Below, in pieces: positions 28,627 through 40,129 of a stretch of DNA of 64,000 nt (position 1 is its first letter; every line of letters starts with the position of its first letter). The stretch is from positions 1,922,001 through 1,986,000 of the forward strand of contig OZ024741.1 of NCBI GenBank assembly GCA_964016885.1, written 5' to 3'. This DNA is from Eledone cirrhosa. Its lineage: Eukaryota. The translations under genes were made by a program, and so were the position numbers. The notes under the pieces are model-generated. The model saw nothing but the letters and a program-made list of their open reading frames with translations, was not told the DNA's origin and searched no databases.

Positions 28627-29114
28627 TTTTCAGTTATAATATAAAGCACTCGACAATACAGGAGCAGAATATATGCAAAAGTTCTATTTAAATTGTTGGG
28701 ATACAACAAGCAAATATTTTTATAACTGATATAAAGCACTCAACAAGTATTTGGAGTAAATATACGATATTTCGAAAGTTTATCCTTTCAATATTTTGAG
28801 TTAAATATACGTAAGATTAATTTCTATTAAACATACTATTATTTTAACTTAAAATACTCTAATATTTTAAAATGGTATTGCTTTTAAAGTTATATTGCTA
28901 TAATTATATTTCCAAATTGTAATATAATCCTTTTGTATTTTATGTACTCAATTATACTATGTACTGTATTGATGTATACTTCTTTCTATATGTGAGTATA
29001 TATGTATATGTGTATATTGACATACATGTACATATGTTCTATGCGGTTTTATGAATATATGTCTGTCTGTATGTATGTGTATGCGTGTTGCGTATCTACC
29101 TATTGGCTGAGGGT

Positions 29115-29152
<38 letters not shown>

Positions 29153-29155
<3 letters not shown>

Positions 29156-32100
29156 AATGAGAGGTATAGAGATTGTTTTAGCAAGAAGCTAACAGCATTC
29201 TATAACATATATGCGACTATAACGTCAAGATGGAAAAAGTTGTTAACGAAAGATTTAGGAGAAATAACTCAAACTCATCTCAAAAGAGAATCAGGATTTA
29301 AATTCATCCACAGAATTTAGTAAAATCCAGGGAAAATCTATAGACCTTTAACTCATGATAAAATAAAGTTTGAAACACTTATCCTTCAATTTGGAATAAC
29401 ATCAAATGCTCTGTATAGTCTTAAAAGACTATTTCATGAAAACTTTCAGTGGAGATGGTCACGGTTGGAATTTCAATCATCAGCAGAGCTCAACAGAAAA
29501 CCAGGGCTCTCACAGTAATATAATCCGAAAAAGGGAATTCTAAAACTGGCTAGTTCGCCTTCATGTGTATTTATGAAAAAGCACATGAGGAAAAAACGGC
29601 GCTAGTGACGTCAGGATGGAAGTGAATGTTTATTTACAAGAAATAGCAGTCAAATACATTCTGAAAAAAACTCTACAAAGGAGTTCAGCAAAATAGCAAT
29701 ATTATCACAGTTTTTATGAAAAAAACCGGGATTAGTCACAGATAGTTTAAGCACTCTAGGAAAAGAATCCGAGTATAAATATAAATGAGAGGTATAGAGA
29801 TTGTTTTAGCAAGAAGCTAGCGGCATTCTATAACATATATGCGACTATAACGTCAAGATGGGAAAAGTAGTTAACGAAAGATTTAGGAAAAATAACTCAA
29901 ACTCATCTCAAAAGAGAATCAGGATATAAATTCATCCACAGAATTTAGTAAAATCCAGGGAAAATCTATAGACCTTTAACTCATGATAAAATAAAGTTTG
30001 AAACACTTATCCTTCAATTTGGAATAACATCAAATGCTCTGTATAGTCTTAAAAGACTATTTCATGAAAACTTTCAGTGGAGATGGTCACGGTTGGAATT
30101 TCAATCATCAGCAGAGCTCAACAGGAAACCAGGGCTCTCACAGTAATATAATCCGAAAAAGGGAATTCTAAAACTGGCTAGTTCGCCTTCATGTGTATTT
30201 ATGAAAAAGCACATGAGGAAAAAACGGGGCTAGTGACGTCAGGATGGAAGTGAATGTTTATTTACAAGAAATAGCAGTCAAATACATTCTGAAAAAAACT
30301 CTACAAAGGAGTTCAGCAAAATAGCAATATTATCACAGTTTTTATGAAAAAAACCGGGATTAGTCACAGATAGTTTAAGCACTCTAGGAAAAGAATCCGA
30401 GTATAAATATAAATGAGAGGTATAGAGATTGTTTTAGCAAGAAGCTAACGGCATTCTATAACATATATGCGACTATAACGTCAAGATGGGAAAAGTAGTT
30501 AACGAAAGATTTAGGAAAAATAACTCAAACTCATCTCAAAAGAGAATCAGGATATAAATTCATCCACAGAATTTAGTAAAATCCAGGGAAAATCTATAGA
30601 CCTTTAACTCATGATAAAATAAAGTTTGAAACACTTATCCTTCAATTTGGAATAACATCAAATGCTCTGTATAGTCTTAAAAGACTATTTCATGAAAACT
30701 TTCAGTGGAGATGGTCACGGTTGGAATTTCAATCATCATCAGAGCTCAACAGAAAACCAGGGCTCTCACAGTAATATAATCCGAAAAAGGGAATTCTAAA
30801 ACTGGCTAGTTCGCCTTCATGTGTATTTATGAAAAAGCACATGAGGAAAAAAACGGGGCTAGTGACGTCAGGATGGAAGTGAATGTTTATTTACAAGAAA
30901 TAGCAGTCAAATACATTCTGAAAAAAACTCTACAAAGGAGTTCAGCAAAATAGCAATATTATCACAGTTTTTATGAAAAAAACCGGGATTAGTCACAGAT
31001 AGTTTAAGCACTCTAGGAAAAGAATCCGAGTATAAATATAAATGAGAGGTATAGAGATTGTTTTAGCAAGAAGCTAACGGCATTCTATAACATATATGCG
31101 ACTATAACGTCAAGATGGGAAAAGTAGTTAACGAAAGATTTAGGAAAAATAACTCAAACTCATCTCAAAAGAGAATCAGGATATAAATTCATCCACAGAA
31201 TTTAGTAAAATCCAGGGAAAATCTATAGACCTTTAACTCATGATAAAATAAAGTTTGAAACACTTATCCTTCAATTTGGAATAACATCAAATGCTCTGTA
31301 TAGTCTTAAAAGACTATTTCATGAAAACTTTCAGTGGAGATGGTCACGGTTGGAATTTCAATCATCATCAGAGCTCAACAGAAAACCAGGGCTCTCACAG
31401 TAATATAATCCGAAAAAGGGAATTCTAAAACTGGCTAGTTCGCCTTCATGTGTATTTATGAAAAAGCACATGAGGAAAAAAACGGGGCTAGTGACGTCAG
31501 GATGGAAGTGAATGTTTATTTACAAGAAATAGCAGTCAAATACATTCTGAAAAAAACTCTACAAAGGAGTTCAGCAAAATAGCAATATTATCACAGTTTT
31601 TATGAAAAAAACCGGGATTAGTCACAGATAGTTTAAGCACTCTAGGAAAAGAATCCGAGTATAAATATAAATGAGAGGTATAGAGATTGTTTTAGCAAGA
31701 AGCTAACGGCATTCTATAACATATATGCGACTATAACGTCAAGATGGGAAAAGTAGTTAACGAAAGATTTAGGAAAAATAACTCAAACTCATCTCAAAAG
31801 AGAATCAGGATATAAATTCATCCACAGAATTTAGTAAAATCCAGGGAAAATCTATAGACCTTTAACTCATGATAAAATAAAGTTTGAAACACTTATCCTT
31901 CAATTTGGAATAACATCAAATGCTCTGTATAGTCTTAAAAGACTATTTCATGAAAACTTTCAGTGGAGATGGTCACGGTTGGAATTTCAATCATCAGCAG
32001 AGCTCAACAGAAAACCAGGGCTCTCACAGTAATATAATCCGAAAAAGGGAATTCTAAAACTGGCTAGTTCGCCTTCATGTGTATTTATGAAAAAGCACAT

Positions 32101-33801
32101 GAGGAAAAAACGGGGCTAGTGACGTCAGGATGGAAGTGAATGTTTATTTACAAGAAATAGCAGTCAAATACATTCTGAAAAAAACTCTACAAAGGAGTTC
32201 AGCAAAATAGCAATATTATCACAGTTTTTATGAAAAAAACCGGGATTAGTCACAGATAGTTTAAGCACTCTAGGAAAAGAATCCGAGTATAAATATAAAT
32301 GAGAGGTATAGAGATTGTTTTAGCAAGAAGCTAACGGCATTCTATAACATATATGCGACTATAACGTCAAGATGGGAAAAGTAGTTAACGAAAGATTTAG
32401 GAAAAATAACTCAAACTCATCTCAAAAGAGAATCAGGATATAAATTCATCCACAGAATTTAGTAAAATCCAGGGAAAATCTATAGACCTTTAACTCATGA
32501 TAAAATAAAGTTTGAAACACTTATCCTTCAATTTGGAATAACATCAAATGCTCTGTATAGTCTTAAAAGACTATTTCATGAAAACTTTCAGTGGAGATGG
32601 TCACGGTTGGAATTTCAATCATCAGCAGAGCTCAACAGAAAACCAGGGCTCTCACAGTAATATAATCCGAAAAAGGGAATTCTAAAACTGGCTAGTTCGC
32701 CTTCATGTGTATTTATGAAAAAGCACATGAGGAAAAAAACGGGGCTAGTGACGTCAGGATGGAAGTGAATGTTTATTTACAAGAAATAGCAGTCAAATAC
32801 ATTCTGAAAAAAACTCTACAAAGGAGTTCAGCAAAATAGCAATATTATCACAGTTTTTATGAAAAAAACCGGGTTTAGTCACAGATAGTTTAAGCACTCT
32901 AGGAAAAGAATCCGAGTATAAATATAAATGAGAGGTATAGAGATTGTTTTAGCAAGAAGCTAACGGCATTCTATAACATATATGCGACTATAACGTCAAG
33001 ATGGGAAAAGTAGTTAACGAAAGATTTAGGAAAAATAACTCAAACTCATCTCAAAAGAGGATCAGGATATAAATTCATCCACAGAATTTAGTAAAATCCA
33101 GGGAAAATCTATAGACCTTTAACTCATGATAAAATAAAGTTTGAAACACTTATCCTTCAATTTGGAATAACATCAAATGCTCTGTATAGTCTTAAAAGAC
33201 TATTTCATGAAAACTTTCAGTGGAGATGGTCACGGTTGGAATTTCAATCATCAGCAGAGCTCAACAGAAAACCAGGGCTCTCACAGTAATATAATCCGAA
33301 AAAGGGAATTCTAAAACTGGCTAGTTCGCCTTCATGTGTATTTATGAAAAAGCACATGAGGAAAAAACGGGGCTAGTGACGTCAGGATGGAAGTGAATGT
33401 TTATTTACAAGAAATAGCAGTCAAATACATTCTGAAAAAAACTCTACAAAGGAGTTCAGCAAAATAGCAATATTATCACAGTTTTTATGAAAAAAACCGG
33501 GATTAGTCACAGATAGTTTAAGCACTCTAGGAAAAGAATCCGAGTATAAATATAAATGAGAGGTATAGAGATTGTTTTAGCAAGAAGCTAACGGCATTCT
33601 ATAACATATATGCGACTATAACGTCAAGATGGGAAAAGTAGTTAACGAAAGATTTAGGAAAAATAACTCAAACTCATCTCAAAAGAGAATCAGGATATAA
33701 ATTCATCCACAGAATTTAGTAAAATCCAGGGAAAATCTATAGACCTTTAACTCATGATAAAATAAAGTTTGAAACACTTATCCTTCAATTTGGAATAACA
33801 T
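29153..33801 (-). mobile_element. 628/629-bp non-coding tandem array (7.4 units), one hammerhead ribozyme per unit (retrozyme-like)
   Basis: Units start at 29153, 29781, 30409, 31038, 31667, 32295, 32924, 33552; near-identical; inserted in a (TA)n tract inside the PLE 1 pLTR. Confidence 0.9.
29408..29489 (-). ncRNA. Type-I hammerhead ribozyme (further copies start at 30036, 30664, 31293, 31922, 32550, 33179)
   Basis: gctctg CTGATGA [~40-nt stem II, tgaaa/tttca base] GAAA tagtct-ttta-agacta TA cagagc; 6-bp stem I and 6-bp stem III; copies 3 and 4 read ATGATGA. Confidence 0.88.
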
Positions 33802-34637
33802 ATATATATATATATATATATATATGTGAGAATTAAGTGTGTGCATGTGCGTGTATATCCATACAATTTGATTGTACTTATGTTTATCCAATTGATTCCT
33901 GACAGATAGACATGTAATTAACAGCCAGAAATACATAACAGGTAATCTTATATATATATATATATATTAAACATTTTTTTTATTTAATAACATAAAGTGT
34001 GTATAACATTAAATTAAAGAATCCTTTATGCCTTGTGTGTATATATTATATATGTAGTTAGATATGGTATGTATTTTATAAGTGCGTATATATGTTTATA
34101 TGTATTTTTGCGTGTGTATGCGTGTTATAGGATATGTAGTTCTTTAGTAATATATGGATTTCTTAATGTATAGATCCCAATTTTTAATATATTGATCTCA
34201 ATTTTTAACTAAACATTTAATCATATTTAAACAAGGATTAATTTCTCATATTATATATATTCCATTCATGATTATTAACATTTCTAATTTTATTTATTCA
34301 TTTCATCTCAATTGTTAAGCTAACTCAACAAGATATGACTTAATGTTTTCGTTATCTCCCCTTCTCTCTGTCCCCTCTCTACCTCTATATTTCTCTCTCT
34401 CTCTGTTGTTTTGGTATCTCTCTCTCTTTTCTCTCTTTTTTTTCTTTTTTCTTTCTTTTCTCTTTCTTTTTCTCTCTCTCTCTCTCTTTCTTTCTCTCTA
34501 ACCCAACGACTTATTTAAAAATATCCAATACTAATAATAATATAAGTAGACAACTCCACTATCCGGGAGCTTCCAACAGTAATGGTTGCATTTTTTAAGG
34601 GTATGTCAATATTTATTTATAAAACTGATCTATATTA

Positions 34638-34702
34638 TATTTTGTCTGATGAAAGCACACCATAATTTATCGTGGTGTCCTTGAAATATGTATAATAAAA
34701 TA
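34638..34702 (+). ncRNA. Type-I hammerhead ribozyme in PLE 1 inverted pLTR
   Basis: tattttgt CTGATGA..GAAA tatgta TA ataaaata. Confidence 0.8.
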
Positions 34703-34829
34703 AATATGGTTTTATAAATATAGTTTCCACTTGTTAATATCGTATATTTACTCCAAATACTTGTTGAGTGCTTTATATCAGTTATAAAAATATTTGCTTG
34801 TTGTATCACAACAGTTTAAATAGAACTTT

Positions 34830-34909
<80 letters not shown>

Positions 34910-35003
34910 CATGTATATATATATATATATAAAGAAAAAGAGATGAAATCGAAAATGCAACTGGAGTCTTATTTTAAAAAAATATATATATATTTATTTG
35001 GTT

Positions 35004-35041
35004 CCTTTACCGGTTTCGCAGTTCTTCTGCTTTTCAAAAGG
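35004..35041 (-). ncRNA. Minimal hammerhead ribozyme with U3-A8 variant core (family B)
   Basis: cctt TTGAAAA gcag-aagaa-ctgc GAAA ccgg TA aagg. Confidence 0.75.
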
Positions 35042-36003
35042 TGAGTTGAGATGGAGGGTCTGTGGTTTTTCTCACATCTGGTTGGTCTCTGAATGTTGCT
35101 TGTTTTATATGGAAAAAGTGGCTCGAAATGCCAGGTTTTTCGAGAAGTAATTTGATTGGTTTGTCAATAATTATAATAAATTTCGCGCCAGTTCGCGTTA
35201 CAATAGTTCTTCAAATAAGAGGGGGGGTTGTCACAGGTTGTTTTTTCATATATGAGTGTTTGAATTTCTTTTTACTTGAAAAAAGGAGGCTCACGAAGGC
35301 TTTTTTTTGGTTGGTTATAAATGAAATTATGGCTGTCAATTATGGCTGTGTGTGTGTGTGTTTGAATTTCTTTACTTTAAAAAAAGGTGGCTCACGAAGG
35401 CTTTTTTTAATAAACGTGATTTGATTGGTTTTAAAGTAAAGAAATTCAAACACACACACACATACACACACACGCACATACACACACAAGCACACAAATA
35501 AACACACATATCTTTACTTTCTTTATTCAATAGAAAATCTGAATTCTGACACCCCAGCTAACTAACCATATTCACTGAACCAGAACAATTCTCCCATCCC
35601 TTTCTCTTGACCATTATCTTTTTATCAAAAAATTCACTAAAAGGGCTACAGAATGGATTTCCAAATAAGGGCACAAAAATTTAATGAAAATTTGTTCACG
35701 TGACAGCCATAATTTCATTTATAACCAACCAAAACAAAGCCTTCGTGAGACTCCTTTTTTCAAGTAAAAAGAAATTCAAACACTCATATATGAAAAAACA
35801 ACCTGTGACAACCCCCCCCCCCCCTCTTATTTGAAGAACTATTGTAACGCGAACTGGCGCGAAATTTATTATAATTATTGACAAACCAATCAAATTACTT
35901 CTCGAAAAACCTGGCATTTCGAGCCACTTTTTCCATATAAAACAAGTAACATTCAGAGACCAACCAGATGTGAGAAAAACCACAGACCCTCCATCTCAAC
36001 TCA

Positions 36004-36041
36004 CCTTTTGAAAAGCAGAAGAACTGCGAAACCGGTAAAGG
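36004..36041 (+). ncRNA. Minimal hammerhead ribozyme with U3-A8 variant core (family B, inverted copy)
   Basis: Identical motif on the plus strand. Confidence 0.75.
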
Positions 36042-36172
36042 AACCAAATAAATATATATATATTTTTTTAAAATAAGACTCCAGTTGCATTTTCGATTTC
36101 ATCTCTTTTTCTTTATACTTTCACTCGTGTAGGAGACCTCGGTTATTTTTCATTTTGTAAAAAAAACCTCAC

Positions 36173-36398
<226 letters not shown>

Positions 36399-36522
36399 AG
36401 GAGGTGAGTTTTATTGTAGTACAATAAAGCAATGCAGATATCGGATAAGAAGCACTGTACAGTTTGTAGGACTGGACTATACATAATATATAATATCAAA
36501 AGATGGTTAAAAGAGTTCCATG

Positions 36523-36593
36523 TATTTTATTATGCGCATTTCAAAAACAAATATCATCATGCAATAACATTTGTGTTTTCATCAGATAAAATA
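36523..36593 (-). ncRNA. Type-I hammerhead ribozyme in PLE 2 3' pLTR
   Basis: tattttat CTGATGA aaacacaaatgttat..gatatttgttttt GAAA tgcgca TA ataaaata. Confidence 0.88.
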
Positions 36594-37504
36594 GGAGGAC
36601 ATGATATGAAGGTTAAAGAACACTTGTGAATAGTGCAGTTTTAAATCAACATATGAAAAGTAGTTTTAGATTGATGTGTGATATTGCGAAAAAAATGTTT
36701 GAGGGGGGGGGATCAAAAAGAGGAGGAGATGAGAGTAAAAAGTGGAGGGGGAGGAGTATAATGAGGAAGGATGAGATAGGAGGAGAGATGGGTGATAGAG
36801 AGAGAGATAGCTTTTATAACTGAGAAAAATATATTGTTTTACATAGAGAGGTTGAAAAACCGTTGGAAGATAATATATAAATTAAAATAATTTGAAAATT
36901 AACGAAGAGAAAAATAATGTTAAGTTAAGGTTTGTATATTGAAGGGTTTAATAATATGTGCGATGAAAAGAAATTGTTAATATGTATTAAGAATAATATT
37001 TAAGGGTTTAATAATATGTGCGATGGAAAGAAAATGTTGATATGTATTATTAAAAAATATAGCAATAGTAATGTATGTAAGGATATATTGTGAAAGAAGT
37101 AGAAGATAGGATGAATAAGTTAGATGAGCATGAAAGGGAGACAAAAATAATGAATTGAGGATGAATAATCTAACGTCAAAAAAATGTTTGTTTACGAAGG
37201 ATTTTTTCAAGGTGATATAAAGTAAGAATATATTGTACTGTGTAATAATTGTTTCTATGTTAGGCACAATCGGAAAAGGTACAGATTAGGGGTTAGAAAT
37301 TAAAAGAAAAAGAAAAGAAAAGGAAAAGGAAGAAAGGGAAGTGATAAATAGGAGTGATATAGAATGAGTAACTAGTATTATATAATGTTTAATAAATAAC
37401 TTTGAAATAAGGTAGAAAGATGGGTATATTTTTAAAGAAGTATATATATATATATATATATGTGCCTTTGAGAAAAGGATTTTAAATTGATAAAGTATTA
37501 GATA

Positions 37505-38955
37505 TTAGCTGTATACTTTATGGAATGTTCTGTGGAATTTATTTAAGTAGAGAGAAAACAAGTCAGTGCGTCTATTTATTATAGAATCTAAATTAGATAT
37601 AATGGTAAATTTTTCATTTAAACAGAGATTGCAAGTCTTGGATAGAGAACTGTTCAAGTATGCAGACGCAGAAGAAACCTTTTTCCAAGAGATGTTATAT
37701 TTAATATTTTTGTCTTTCAAGGACCATATGAGTTCTGAGAGTGCCGTGTTGGTTCTTTTAAGTTGGTATTTAAAAGACGAATGATGATTATAAAGACGAG
37801 CTTTAAAGGAGGTGGAAGTGGAGCCAAAATAGGTGAAGGAATTGGTGTCAGTTATAACTTTACATTCGTAGATTAAGTTTTTTTCAAGACAATGGTTGTT
37901 GAGAGGACATTTATTTTTAACAGGGCAATTGCAATTGCGATTAGAGAGATTAGCAGAGTTATTAACGAGTGACCTAGTGTTATCTATAGAAGGAATTGGA
38001 TTGGAGAAGTTATTTACGATAGGAATAATAGTTTCTTGATTTAGAATGGGATTAAGAACATTTTAGCGAAGTTGTGTTTGACGTTGTATTTGTGTTTGCA
38101 GAAATTAGCCTAGGGTTTACAATGACGTTGGGAGTACTATTACTATTATTATGATATTCAGTGTTGGAAGGAAGAGATTTAGTATTTAGTATTTTATTGT
38201 TGTGTTTAGAGATAATGTTGGAAATGTTGGAGGAGGTCGAATAGGAAAATGTTATAGTGTGTTTGTTAAATATTTTACTATAGATATGTGAGGGAGGGAA
38301 GCATTTATTTAAGGCACTAAAGAATAATTTAGGAATATTATTATTAATAGAGATGGAGAAAGGAGCATTATACCAGATTATGTTTTTGTATCTAGGTCTT
38401 TTATTAAAGTTATTGGAATGATCATGATTAATTATTCTACTGTAAGATCTTCTAGAATTTGTTTCTTTACTATATTTGATTTTATCAGGATAGCCGGCTT
38501 TAGAAAACGCGTTATTATAGTAATTGGCGTTAGCATCAAAGATGTTTTTATTAGAAGATAGGTTAGATATTCTTTTTCCAATATTACTAACTATAGCATT
38601 CTTAATATTAGTGGGGTGGTTAGATTTAACATTAACATAATTTAGGTTCTCATTGTTTTTATGGTAAGGGTAATATAGGCCAGTGTCAAGATTAAGAGAT
38701 ACATCCAAGAAATTAGCTAGTTTGATGCTGTTATCAAATTCAATTTTTAAGTTATGTTGTTTAAAGAGATTACGTATATTGTTCTTAATAATATTAAGGT
38801 TAACTATGTTGCAATTTAAGATAGTAAAGAGTCCATCGTCACGATAAATTCCACCGCGAAGTTGAGGAATTTTCCGACTCAAAGAGTTCAAAATAAAGAT
38901 ACCAATTAAATCTGTCAATTGGGATGAATCGGATGCTCCCATTGTGATGTCTAAC
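37505..38955 (-). pseudogene. PLE RT C-half + GIY-YIG endonuclease
   Basis: ITMGASDSS, GGIYRDD, FLDVSLNL, IWYNAPFS, CNCPVKNKCPL, LIYEC..YFGST, CNLCLNEK; frameshift near 38050. Confidence 0.88.
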
Positions 38956-39646
38956 AACTTCGACATCACAATGGGAACATCCGATTCATCCCGACAGATT
39001 TAATTGGTATCTTTATTTTGAACTCTTTGAGTCGGAAAATTCCTCAACTTCGCGGTGGAATTTATCGTGACGATGGACTCTTTACTATCTTAAATTGCAA
39101 CATAGTTAACCTTAATATTATTAAGAACAATATACGTAATCTCTTTAAACAACATAACTTAAAAATTGAATTTGATAACAGCATCAAACTAGCTAATTTC
39201 TTGGATGTATCTCTTAATCTTGACACTGGCCTATATTACCCTTACCATAAAAACAATGAGAACCGAAATTATGTTAATTTTAAATCTAACCACCCGACTA
39301 ATATTAAGAATGCTATAGTTAGTAATATTGGAAAAAGAATATTTAACCTATCTTCTAATAAAAACATCGTAACCATACTTCGTTATCGATCTATGTAAGG
39401 TTAGTTACAAAATATCAGATATGGAAAATATTTACTTACATGTATATCACCAGCTGTTGTCAAAAGCAGTGAAGTATATTTCTAATGACTTGATTTTTTA
39501 TTTCATTGTTTTAACTTATATAATGACTCTGTTTTCCTTTTAATCTTTTATTGTTTTCCTTGATTTATTTTAACCTACAACATATTCAACATATGGATTA
39601 CATTGAGTTCTTCATGCAGACTAGACCCCACAACTGACCGTGGATA

Positions 39647-39721
<75 letters not shown>

Positions 39722-39738
39722 GTCTGTATCAATATGAA

Positions 39739-39800
<62 letters not shown>

Positions 39801-39804
39801 TCTA

Positions 39805-39864
<60 letters not shown>

Positions 39865-39919
39865 CAGAGAAATCCACCAATTAATGGTAGGGTCTAAGCT
39901 GTATGAAGAACTCAAAGTA

Positions 39920-40060
39920 ATTATTTCTGAAGACGGTGGGTAGTGAAAACGTATGTATATTTTTCTTACTATGATATTTTGTAATATCTTTTACATAGAT
40001 CAATAATAAAATGGGCATACGGGGAACTACCCCCCCCCCCCAAGACGATCGTAAAATAAT
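39920..40060 (+). ncRNA. Degenerate long-stem-II hammerhead (homolog of 45111-45263)
   Basis: attattt CTGAAGA [~108 nt; gggtagt/actaccc, cgtatg/catacg] aaga (for GAAA) cgatcg TA aaataat. Confidence 0.6.
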
Positions 40061-40129
40061 CAGTTTTACTCTGAATTAACCGTTTTTTGTTTAATTTCAT
40101 TGTTTTCACTGTTTGTATATATATATATA

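Larger units (their letters stand above)
24735..34835 (-). mobile_element. PLE 1 with inverted ~1.35-kb pLTRs; right pLTR interrupted by the 628-bp array
   Basis: 24735-26085 is inverted at 28765-29152 + 33802-34745; 34745-34835 is an inverted copy of 28669-28765 (pLTR tail); HHR in both arms. Confidence 0.9.

Noticed and set aside
35062-35983. Paired 120-aa and 95-aa ORFs
   Set aside because: Mirror translations of the palindromic arms; no recognisable domain, non-ATG starts
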